Below, piece after piece: positions 22,813 through 29,802 of a stretch of DNA of 64,000 bases. The first letter of the stretch is position 1, and each line of letters starts with the position of its first letter. Source of the DNA: Candidatus Pacebacteria bacterium CG2_30_36_39 (GTDB lineage Bacteria; Patescibacteriota; Microgenomatia; UBA1400; PJMF01). The position numbers and the translations under genes were made by a program. The notes under the pieces are model-generated. The model did no database searches, had not been told where the DNA came from, and saw only the letters and a program-made list of their open reading frames with translations. The stretch covers positions 15,573 to 79,572 of the forward strand of contig MNZB01000001.1 in the NCBI GenBank assembly GCA_001873435.1, written 5' to 3'.

Positions 22813-23727
22813 TTATCGAGTAATTTCTTGAAGAGATTTGATTCTTTCTGAGAGTGGTGGATGAGTGGCGAATAGGTTGGAAAACATTCCAATTCCTCCA
22901 TGAGCATTTTTTAGTGGGTTGGTGATGTATAAATGAGCTGTTGCTTTATTTGCAGCTTCAAGTGGTTCACGATCGGTGCCAAGTTTTTGTAAGGCATCAA
23001 TCATTCCTTGGGGATTTTTGGTCATGGCAACTGCTGATGCGTCAGCTAAGAATTCTCTTTTTCTAGATATGGCTAACTTTATTAATTGGGCAATTAATGG
23101 TGATAGTAATGCCAATATCATGCCAACTACTAAGAATATTGTTTGAAGTTGAGAGTCTCCATCGCGGTCATTGCGTTTTCTTCCTCCGCCCCAATAGCTC
23201 ATGCGTAAAACCCAATCTGCTAAAAGTGAAATAAAGCCAACCATGATGGTTACAAGTGACATTAAACGAATATCGTAGTTTTGTACGTGTGAAAGTTCGT
23301 GAGCTACTACGCCCTCTATTTCTCGGCGATTGAGTTTGGATAGCAGGCCGGTAGTGGCACAGACAACAGCGTGTTGTGGATCTCTGCCTGTGGCAAAGGC
23401 GTTCATGGCTGTATCGTCAATGACGTAGAGTTTGGGGATTGGCATTTTTTGGCTATTGGCTAGGTTTTCAGCTACGGTGTAGAAATCAAAAAATTCTGCT
23501 CTTTTTGCTTCGCGAGCACCAGATAGACCAAGAATTATTGTGTCTGAAAAATAGTAACTACCAAAACTTGATATGCCGGCAAATATCAAGGCAAAACCCA
23601 TGACGTCTAGGCCATAGCCAAAGCCCTCCATGATGAAGTAGGCTGCAAATAGAATGAAAGCGATGAAGCTAATAATAACGACCAGAGATTTCTGCTTATT
23701 ACTAGCAACCAATTGATAATGTGTCAT
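22813..23727 (-). CDS. htpX: Zinc metalloprotease HtpX (M48)
   Basis: NAFATG, HELSH, SRKREFLADA, THPP. Confidence 0.95.
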   Translation of the reverse strand: MTHYQLVASNKQKSLVVIISFIAFILFAAYFIMEGFGYGLDVMGFALIFAGISSFGSYYFSDTIILGLSGAREAKRAEFFDFYTVAENLANSQKMPIPKLYVIDDTAMNAFATGRDPQHAVVCATTGLLSKLNRREIEGVVAHELSHVQNYDIRLMSLVTIMVGFISLLADWVLRMSYWGGGRKRNDRDGDSQLQTIFLVVGMILALLSPLIAQLIKLAISRKREFLADASAVAMTKNPQGMIDALQKLGTDREPLEAANKATAHLYITNPLKNAHGGIGMFSNLFATHPPLSERIKSLQEITR

Positions 23728-23728
23728 C

Positions 23729-24307
23729 TTAATCTAAAGAAACTTTATGATCTTTGGTTTCTTCAGCGCTAACTGAAAGGTGGGCTCCCATATTTGAGGT
23801 TTCTAGGCCTTTTTCTGGTTTAAAACCAAACATGTTTGCAACCATATTTGATGGGAATACCACTAGTTTTTGGTTGAAGGTTTGAGTTAAATCAATAACT
23901 GTTCTTCTAGCATAAGTTAGTTTGTCTGCTGTATCAGTTAGTTCATCCATAAATTTAGTGACAGTGGTATCTGCTTTAATTTCTGGATTGTCTTCAACAG
24001 CTACCTGAATTTTTGGAATCAAGGCTTGAACTGAGCTAAGGGCTTTTTCGATGTCTGCTGGTTTACCAGTTTGATCTGCTAGTTCTGCTGCCTTACGGGC
24101 ATCAGTAAGCATTTTAAAAATGCCTTTTTCATGTTTAAAGTAGCCTTTAACTGCTGATTCAAGATTTGGAATTAAACTAGCTTGTCTTTTGAGCTGATTG
24201 CCAATCTCTTGGATACTAGCTTGAATCTGAGTTTTAAGGGTTTGAAGTGAGTTGAAAATTCCAACTACATATGCAAAGACCACGACTGCGATTAAAAAGA
24301 AAAACAT
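23729..24307 (-). CDS. lemA: LemA family protein
   Basis: N-terminal TM, QLKRQASLIPNL, FPSNMVANMFGF; adjacent to htpX; SD AAAGGAG before ATG 24307. Confidence 0.9.
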   Translation of the reverse strand: MFFFLIAVVVFAYVVGIFNSLQTLKTQIQASIQEIGNQLKRQASLIPNLESAVKGYFKHEKGIFKMLTDARKAAELADQTGKPADIEKALSSVQALIPKIQVAVEDNPEIKADTTVTKFMDELTDTADKLTYARRTVIDLTQTFNQKLVVFPSNMVANMFGFKPEKGLETSNMGAHLSVSAEETKDHKVSLD

Positions 24308-24426
24308 ACACACTCCTTTGGAGTAAACTATTAACAGCTATAGTATAGCAAATTGTTGTGTAGAGTAACTTGGTAACTACTAGCGCAAAAAATAGTTTAT
24401 TTGTTATAATTGCCATCTGTTAATAT

Positions 24427-24502
24427 GGGCCCGTGGTGTAGTGGTTAACATGCTTCCCTGTCACGGAAGAGATCACCAGTTCGATCCTGGCCGGGCTCGC
24501 CA
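24427..24502 (+). tRNA. tRNA-Asp(GTC), CCA encoded
   Basis: Cloverleaf GGGCCCG...CGGGCTC-G-CCA; anticodon loop CT-GTC-AC. Confidence 0.95.
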
Positions 24503-24509
24503 AGAATAT

Positions 24510-24537
24510 AAAAGACCTACTAGATAGGTCTTTTTTT
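24510..24537 (+). terminator. Intrinsic terminator of tRNA-Asp
   Basis: AAAAGACCTA-CTAGA-TAGGTCTTTT plus T run. Confidence 0.85.
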
Positions 24538-24582
24538 ATTTTCATAACTATTTTTTTTAAATTATATTTTGCTCAAGTAACA

Positions 24583-24623
24583 TATCCTATAACATTGACA
24601 AAAGATGGCATTTGCAATACAAT
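24583..24623 (+). promoter_or_regulatory. Cassette 1 sigma70-type promoter with upstream TATCCTATAA motif
   Basis: TATCCTATAA-ca-TTGACA-N17-TACAAT. Confidence 0.8.
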
Positions 24624-24629
24624 AACCTA

Positions 24630-24815
24630 TCTTAAAAAGAAAATTTTTTACATTGCGTAGAATTTTTTTTCTTTTTATTTATAAGACCTGTTCTTTAATA
24701 ACCTTCTTCTTTAGTTTTCATGCTTATTTTTGAGTGGTGTTCTATTTGAATATTAATAATCTAATATCTAAATAAAACACCGCTCACTTCAGGTGGTGAA
24801 TCTTGAAGAAAGGAG
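24630..24815 (+). promoter_or_regulatory. Cassette 1 structured leader: NUUGC hairpin, boxA-like element, long hairpin, SD
   Basis: Hairpin 24630-24686 (loop ATTGC), TGTTCTTTAATAA 24689-24701, hairpin 24731-24786, AAGGAG 24810-24815. Confidence 0.7.
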
Positions 24816-24825
24816 TGACACAGCC

Positions 24826-24942
24826 ATGTGGTGCTCACATCAGTGGTACACAAAGTCATATTTCCCAGAGAAATTCTTATGGTTTACGTTTGTTTGGGAA
24901 AAATGCACTAAGTGCGGTCGTTGGAGAATGAAGTTTTTATAG
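24826..24942 (+). CDS. 38-aa Cys/His microprotein MWCSHQWYTKSYFPEKFLWFTFVWEKCTKCGRWRMKFL (putative zinc ribbon)
   Basis: Own promoter, SD AAGGAG and terminator; CxH...CxxC motif; below the ORF-track length cutoff. Confidence 0.7.
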   Translation: MWCSHQWYTKSYFPEKFLWFTFVWEKCTKCGRWRMKFL

Positions 24943-24957
24943 ACTCATTCTCTTTTG

Positions 24958-24988
24958 AAAGCCGTCTCTTTATGGGACGGCTTTTTTT
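24958..24988 (+). terminator. Cassette 1 intrinsic terminator
   Basis: AAAGCCGTCTC-TTTAT-GGGACGGCTTTTTTT. Confidence 0.88.
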
Positions 24989-25025
24989 CATTAAATTCAT
25001 TATATTTAAAATATTTTTCTATTTT

Positions 25026-25066
25026 TATCCTATAATTTTGATTACTTTGATATATTTTGTTATAAT
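25026..25066 (+). promoter_or_regulatory. Cassette 2 promoter with TATCCTATAA motif
   Basis: TATCCTATAA-tt-TTGATT-N17-TATAAT with TG extended -10. Confidence 0.8.
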
Positions 25067-25072
25067 AAACAC

Positions 25073-25232
25073 GTTATTTATATAAATTTTGTATTTTGCA
25101 TACACTTCATTTATTTAAATAACTTGCTCTTTAATAATTTTGCAAATATCTATTAAAACGATTGGCTAGTTTTATACTCATAAAGTGATTATAAAACTAG
25201 CCAATCCTGGTTAGTAATAACTCAATGAGGAG
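25073..25232 (+). promoter_or_regulatory. Cassette 2 structured leader: NUUGC hairpin, boxA, perfect 17-bp hairpin, SD
   Basis: Hairpin 25073-25123 (loop TTTGC), TGCTCTTTAATAA 25125-25137, GATTGGCTAGTTTTATA/TATAAAACTAGCCAATC 25160-25206, GAGGAG 25227-25232. Confidence 0.75.
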
Positions 25233-25240
25233 CGTGAAAC

Positions 25241-25762
25241 ATGAAAGTTTCAATTACTACTGGTAGCATTACTGCAACCACCTCCAGAGTTCAAGCTATT
25301 GCCACCCCTATCAATGGGACTGGCGGCTGGTATGGCGCGATTGACAATGCAATCTATGAAATTGCAGATGAATATTATCACCAAGTACCAAGACAACGGC
25401 TTGAGGCCGTTGGTTTGAACCATGGCGAAGTGATTGTGGTAAAGCGAACTCCAGACTTTACCCATAGAGGCAACTTTGACGATGTCATTTTTGTGGTTGA
25501 CCGTCTTCGTTCGCCTCTTAATGAAGTTGTCTACGCTGCCTTGGCAGCTGCCAAGCAAGTAGGCTATAAGTCTATTGCTATGCCGGTTATGAGAACTGGC
25601 AGAATGGCTGGGCGCGTTGAAAAAAGTTATGAGGAAGTCATCAGGCAAATCAAGCTTGGTTTTGACCGTATCATGGCAGAAGGCAATTGGGATGTAGAAA
25701 TACAAATTGTTGTTTACAACGACCCAGAAACCAAGCGCATGTTGGAAGAGGTATTTGCTTAA
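25241..25762 (+). CDS. Macrodomain (ADP-ribose-binding / Appr-1''-p processing family) protein
   Basis: GSIT (GDIT-like), AIATPIN, GAIDNAI, KSIAMPVMRTG follow the macrodomain motif order. Confidence 0.8.
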   Translation: MKVSITTGSITATTSRVQAIATPINGTGGWYGAIDNAIYEIADEYYHQVPRQRLEAVGLNHGEVIVVKRTPDFTHRGNFDDVIFVVDRLRSPLNEVVYAALAAAKQVGYKSIAMPVMRTGRMAGRVEKSYEEVIRQIKLGFDRIMAEGNWDVEIQIVVYNDPETKRMLEEVFA

Positions 25763-25770
25763 GAATTAAA

Positions 25771-25804
25771 GAGAAGAGCCACTGTTAAACCAGTGGCTCT
25801 TTTC
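25771..25804 (+). terminator. Cassette 2 intrinsic terminator
   Basis: GAGAAGAGCCACTG-TTAAAC-CAGTGGCTCTTTTC. Confidence 0.85.
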
Positions 25805-25807
25805 GTT

Positions 25808-26033
25808 TATTTGACTATATCTGATATAATAATATGCATATTGATAAACAAAAGAAAGCTAGGTTGCCTAGCTAATTTTTTTTCTATCAATAAAACCTTC
25901 TTGCTCTTTAAAAACCTTCGCTCAAGTTTAGCATTCAACAAGAATGGACAACTTTCTTTATTTATTCTAAATGAGTAATTAAGGAAAGTTGTCTGCTCCC
26001 ACAGATGACTATCCTACAAAACGAAGGAGGTGA
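25808..26033 (+). promoter_or_regulatory. Cassette 3 promoter and structured leader: extended -10, NUUGC hairpin, boxA, long hairpin, SD
   Basis: TGaTATAAT 25822-25830; hairpin 25839-25892 (loop GTTGC); TGCTCTTTAAAAA 25902-25914; hairpin 25946-25994; AAGGAGGTGA 26024-26033. Confidence 0.72.
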
Positions 26034-26041
26034 GACTAATA

Positions 26042-26140
26042 ATGTTGATCAAAATGATCATCGTCCGCGGCTTTATTTGCCCGTTGTGTGGAGAATTCCA
26101 CGTGACGTCCATCGAAGTCGTCGAAATGATTGCGCTGTAA
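26042..26140 (+). CDS. 32-aa microprotein MLIKMIIVRGFICPLCGEFHVTSIEVVEMIAL (CPxCG-like metal-binding motif)
   Basis: Near-perfect SD AAGGAGGTGA 8 nt upstream; CPLCGEFH motif; not in the ORF track. Confidence 0.72.
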   Translation: MLIKMIIVRGFICPLCGEFHVTSIEVVEMIAL

Positions 26141-26185
26141 AGCCGCTCATTTCTTTATAAACTCACCAATCACAACAGCAAGAAG

Positions 26186-26216
26186 AAGGTGCCACCCCTC
26201 AAAAGGGTGGCACTTT
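26186..26216. terminator. GC-rich hairpin between cassette 3 and the convergent phosphatase gene (likely bidirectional terminator)
   Basis: AAGGTGCCACCC-CTCAAAA-GGGTGGCACTTT. Confidence 0.7.
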
Positions 26217-26243
26217 CCATATATGGACCCTTTTTTTTGGATA

Positions 26244-26918
26244 TCAAGCAATATGATTGCTCGAAGCTTGATTATCAGTACTCTTTACTACTCCAAGCGT
26301 TTCCACAACCCTAAAACCATCTTCAGTTTTTTCCAATTTAACATAAGCAGTATTTTTAACATTTCCATGTGGTAACTCTGAATAAGTAGCCCAACCCAAA
26401 TAAATTAGAAAGATTCTAATCGCTGCTCCATGAGTAACAACTAAATTTGTTTTACCCTCAGTCTCTAGTTTTGTTTCTTCAAAAAAACTATTAAAACGAA
26501 TTACCAACTCTTCATCAGATTCAATATTATCCTTCACCTTATGAGAAAATCTTTCATCCTTTGGTAAGGCATCTCTAAAAGCCAAAAGCTCACCAAGCTC
26601 TTCATGAAACTTTTCTATACTTTTACCTTCATAATCCCCTAGCTTTATTTCTCTCAAATTGTAATGAGATTCTATCGGTAAGTTTTTTTTGGAAACTATA
26701 TGAACCGCAGTTTGTTGAGCTCTTTTAAGATCAGAAGCATAGACATTATCTAGCCAGATGCTTTCAAATATTTCTGCTAGTTTTTGAGCCTGACTTATGC
26801 CAGTTTCATTTAAATCTGTATCGAGATGTCCTTGAATAATATTATTTTTATTTTGTTGAGTTTCCCCATGTCGGACAAGGTAAAAAATAGTTGGTTTTTG
26901 AGACATAATAAACTGCAT
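26244..26918 (-). CDS. Histidine phosphatase (phosphoglycerate mutase-like) family protein
   Basis: LVRHGET, SDLKRAQQTA, VTHG motifs. Confidence 0.9.
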   Translation of the reverse strand: MQFIMSQKPTIFYLVRHGETQQNKNNIIQGHLDTDLNETGISQAQKLAEIFESIWLDNVYASDLKRAQQTAVHIVSKKNLPIESHYNLREIKLGDYEGKSIEKFHEELGELLAFRDALPKDERFSHKVKDNIESDEELVIRFNSFFEETKLETEGKTNLVVTHGAAIRIFLIYLGWATYSELPHGNVKNTAYVKLEKTEDGFRVVETLGVVKSTDNQASSNHIA

Positions 26919-26998
26919 TCTAACACTTTCCCATTGATTCCAGGTCTTTTATCCTGGTATAACAAAAGCTCTGAATAGCAAAAAGAAAGGAAATTAAG

Positions 26999-27493
26999 AT
27001 GTCGGATGATCAAAAGACGAAAAATAGCGAGGACTTGGCAATGGAAGCTTTGACTCAAGCCACTCATGTCGGTGGTGATGACGAAGTGGAAAACTCCAAT
27101 AAAGTAGCAGATACTCTCAATACTCTGCAAAATCTTATTGAGCGTCATGCTTTAAGTGCTGAAGAAGTACGCAAGCAAATCAAAGAAAAACAAGAAAGCT
27201 TGCGTAGTGTCTTTGAGAATGATTCAACCTTGGCTGAAGCAGAGGCAGAAGCTCAAGTTCATACTTCAAAAATGAAGGAACGCAAAAGCCAATTGCAATC
27301 TGATCCCCAAGTAACTTCACTCAAAATCATGATTGCAGAGCTCAAAGAACAACAAAAGGAATTAGAAGAAACATTGAGCAATCACTTAATTAATTATCAC
27401 TCCTTAACCAATTCAAAGAGTTTTGATACCAGTGATGGTGATCAATGGGATTTTTCGATTAAAGCCAAAATTAGACCTCGTGGTAAGAAATAA
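26999..27493 (+). CDS. Hypothetical coiled-coil protein
   Basis: Clean ORF with purine-rich upstream region, heptad-like charged sequence and a terminator downstream. Confidence 0.75.
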   Translation: MSDDQKTKNSEDLAMEALTQATHVGGDDEVENSNKVADTLNTLQNLIERHALSAEEVRKQIKEKQESLRSVFENDSTLAEAEAEAQVHTSKMKERKSQLQSDPQVTSLKIMIAELKEQQKELEETLSNHLINYHSLTNSKSFDTSDGDQWDFSIKAKIRPRGKK

Positions 27494-27511
27494 AAAACAT
27501 TTTTTAAAAAT

Positions 27512-27542
27512 AAAACCCCCGCTTAAAAAAAACGGGGGTTTT
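27512..27542. terminator. Bidirectional intrinsic terminator
   Basis: AAAACCCCCG-loop-CGGGGGTTTT between convergent genes. Confidence 0.85.
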
Positions 27543-27563
27543 CTTTTATTCTTAAGCTAAAAA

Positions 27564-27818
27564 TTAGGTTTTACCCAATTTTTGATTAATACGAATTAAA
27601 GCTTGTGGAGAAATGTTCTTCATTTTCTTTAATGAACGAGCTCTTCTCTTTAAACGACTATTAGTAGCAGTTTTTTCAGCTTTAAACTTGGATGGCTTCT
27701 TGAAGTAACGACGATCTTTGACGATCTGCACAATCCCAGTAGCTGCAACGGCTTTCTTAAATTTGCGAATTAAATCGCTTGTTGATTCGCTTTTTTTAGC
27801 TTTGATGACGATAGGCAT
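27564..27818 (-). CDS. rpsU: 30S ribosomal protein bS21
   Basis: ES...LIRKFKK.V...GI....K.RRYF.KPS signature. Confidence 0.85.
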   Translation of the reverse strand: MPIVIKAKKSESTSDLIRKFKKAVAATGIVQIVKDRRYFKKPSKFKAEKTATNSRLKRRARSLKKMKNISPQALIRINQKLGKT

Positions 27819-27866
27819 TGTTACTCACCTCCCTTCTCAAGTTGTTAGTTGTATTAAGAGCTAGAA

Positions 27867-28334
27867 TTATACACTAGCTTTGCGGATATTGGCAGCCAAA
27901 TTTTCTAATTTACTATCTTCTGCTCGATTGGAATCATTAGAGCTTAAATAACCAGGATATTGTTTGAAATATGTTCTAACCTTTTTTGATTCAATTGCTT
28001 CCCAGTTTTCTAAGTTTCCAGTGCCGTGCATTGGAAATAATTTGCTATGCAAATGATCAACCCCAAAACCTTCAAAAAACATACCACAACGAGCAACATC
28101 AGCGAAATATTTATCAAGCAAATTTGCAACTTTTTTGGTCGCAATAATTAACTTTTCAAGAACAATATCTTCTTGGGCAAAAGCATAACTACCATAATGT
28201 TTTTTGGGAATTACTACGGTGAAACCCTCTGTGTTTGGAAAAATAGAAAGAAAAGCCAAATGTCCATCATCTTCCCAAATTTTATGGCTTGGAATATTTC
28301 CTTGAGCTATTTGACAAAAAATACAATTATCCAT
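27867..28334 (-). CDS. HIT family protein
   Basis: CIFCQI N-terminus, VVIPKKH, VDHLHSKL (variant HxHxH). Confidence 0.88.
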   Translation of the reverse strand: MDNCIFCQIAQGNIPSHKIWEDDGHLAFLSIFPNTEGFTVVIPKKHYGSYAFAQEDIVLEKLIIATKKVANLLDKYFADVARCGMFFEGFGVDHLHSKLFPMHGTGNLENWEAIESKKVRTYFKQYPGYLSSNDSNRAEDSKLENLAANIRKASV

Positions 28335-29205
28335 AAATTTCCTCAAGAAGAATTTTGACTTGATCTAAGTTCAATGGACTCGGCTTTTGATTATGAGTTT
28401 TTTGTGAGCCATTGAGTAACATTTTGCCACTACCATGGTAAAACCAAGTTCCATCATGGTCTATGGTTTGGATTTTTTCGTATAGTGGTTTGAGAATTAA
28501 ATCTGCGTCAGGTCTAGCTTTAATTCTAATATGGCCCAACTTTGGATCTTTACGAACCACTAAGGCATAGCCCATTCGTTGAGCTAATTTTATAGTGTCA
28601 TCATTTCTAGTATTAAGTAATAAAGCTTTGCCTGCTTTTAATTGCACTTCCTGACCCTTGGTATGTACTATTTCCATGGCTTTATGATATTGGCCTAAGG
28701 AAGCATAAACATTATCTAAACACTGGAAGCCAAAATGCATTTGCGAATCATCATTATGAGGATCGGTAAATTCATGTCCATGAATTAGTTCATGGATCAT
28801 AAATAAATATCTTTCTGCAGCTGGTTCTGGCCAATATATTTCTTCAAAATGATCAATGGTATTAACCATTTCAACAATGCTTTTTAGAGCTAGATCATCT
28901 TTTTTGTCTGGATAAACTTCGCACAAATGATCAAAAACTAAACTTGTAGCACAGACTCTAAGTTTTGCTCTTTCATCTTGATGATGATCAAATTCTCCAA
29001 AATTAGTATCTACATAGGTAATCTCGTGAAGTTGGCAACCAAGCTCTTCGGCTTCTTCTAAGGTTATGGCATCTCCTGGGTTTACAAAGGCAATGCTGGC
29101 TTCAGCAAATTTTTGGGCATGGAATCTTTTTAGTAACCAGGTTGAGGCGATGGCATCTAAATCTGGGGCATGATGCGTCACAATTAATGGTCTGGAATTT
29201 GACAT
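28327..29205 (-). CDS. DHH/MYG1-like phosphoesterase
   Basis: THHAPDLDA, YVD, FDHHQ, CATSLV motifs. Confidence 0.7.
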   Translation of the reverse strand: MSNSRPLIVTHHAPDLDAIASTWLLKRFHAQKFAEASIAFVNPGDAITLEEAEELGCQLHEITYVDTNFGEFDHHQDERAKLRVCATSLVFDHLCEVYPDKKDDLALKSIVEMVNTIDHFEEIYWPEPAAERYLFMIHELIHGHEFTDPHNDDSQMHFGFQCLDNVYASLGQYHKAMEIVHTKGQEVQLKAGKALLLNTRNDDTIKLAQRMGYALVVRKDPKLGHIRIKARPDADLILKPLYEKIQTIDHDGTWFYHGSGKMLLNGSQKTHNQKPSPLNLDQVKILLEEIYG

Positions 29206-29270
29206 ATATCTTTTATTATACAGATCAAGTGCAAGGAAGTTTGATGAAAAAATGGTTAGATAAAAAAATT

Positions 29271-29302
29271 CCCCACCGCAGATCTTGCGATCTGCCGTGG
29301 GG
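29271..29302 (-). terminator. GC-rich hairpin with GCAA loop and U tract on the minus strand (terminator or small RNA 3' end)
   Basis: Minus strand CCCCACGGCAGATC-GCAA-GATCTGCGGTGGGG-AATTTTTTT. Confidence 0.65.
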
Positions 29303-29455
29303 TCCTCACCGGGATGTATGCAGTAATATATTAAATGATATAGATAAATGATATAGTCAAAATAGATTGATGAGATGTTCTATAATTTTGCTTTACCTGT
29401 AATATTAATTTGATTATAGGTTAATATATTCAGGCAATTTATGCATCAAATAAGA

Positions 29456-29800
29456 TCAAAATCTTTTTTTATCACCAAAAATCGTTTTAAACAAAATCTT
29501 TAAACACCACCAAAGAATTTTAAATGGCAAAGTAATTAGCAACCAGATAAATGGTTCACGATCGTCTTCTCCCCTAACCCAAGTGGAGATAATAAGCATT
29601 TTTCCTTGATCTACTGGAGTAGCAACGACATGAATTTTGCGACCGTTAATAGTTCGAATAAATTTATAGTTTTGTTGATTGTGAAAAGTTTTATCTGGAC
29701 TATTTACTACCTGATAAATAATATCCTGGCTGATAGACCGGTCATCTAGTCTCTCCCAAGCATGTTTAGTAAATACTAAATTTTTATATGTTTGATTCAT
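29456..29800 (-). CDS. DUF4258-like protein with C-terminal hydrophobic tail
   Basis: FTKHAWERL..R.I and IISTW pattern. Confidence 0.65.
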   Translation of the reverse strand: MNQTYKNLVFTKHAWERLDDRSISQDIIYQVVNSPDKTFHNQQNYKFIRTINGRKIHVVATPVDQGKMLIISTWVRGEDDREPFIWLLITLPFKILWWCLKILFKTIFGDKKRF

Positions 29801-29802
29801 TC

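Noticed and set aside
22758-22907. N-terminal extension of gatC in the ORF track
   Set aside because: It overlaps htpX. GatC similarity begins at ATG 22757, which has its own -10 box.
25250-25705. 151-aa antisense ORF opposite the macrodomain gene
   Set aside because: Shadow frame of a GC-richer gene with no motif or expression signals.
24583-26216. CRISPR array or classical integron attC array as the explanation for the repeated units
   Set aside because: There are no identical repeats with unique spacers and no cas or intI gene in the window. The units carry their own promoters and terminators, and the hairpins lie in the 5' leaders.
25793-26375. ORF-track ORFs 25793-25978 and 26130-26375
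   Set aside because: They run through terminators, a promoter and leader hairpins and lack an SD. The 32-aa ORF with a strong SD explains the region better.
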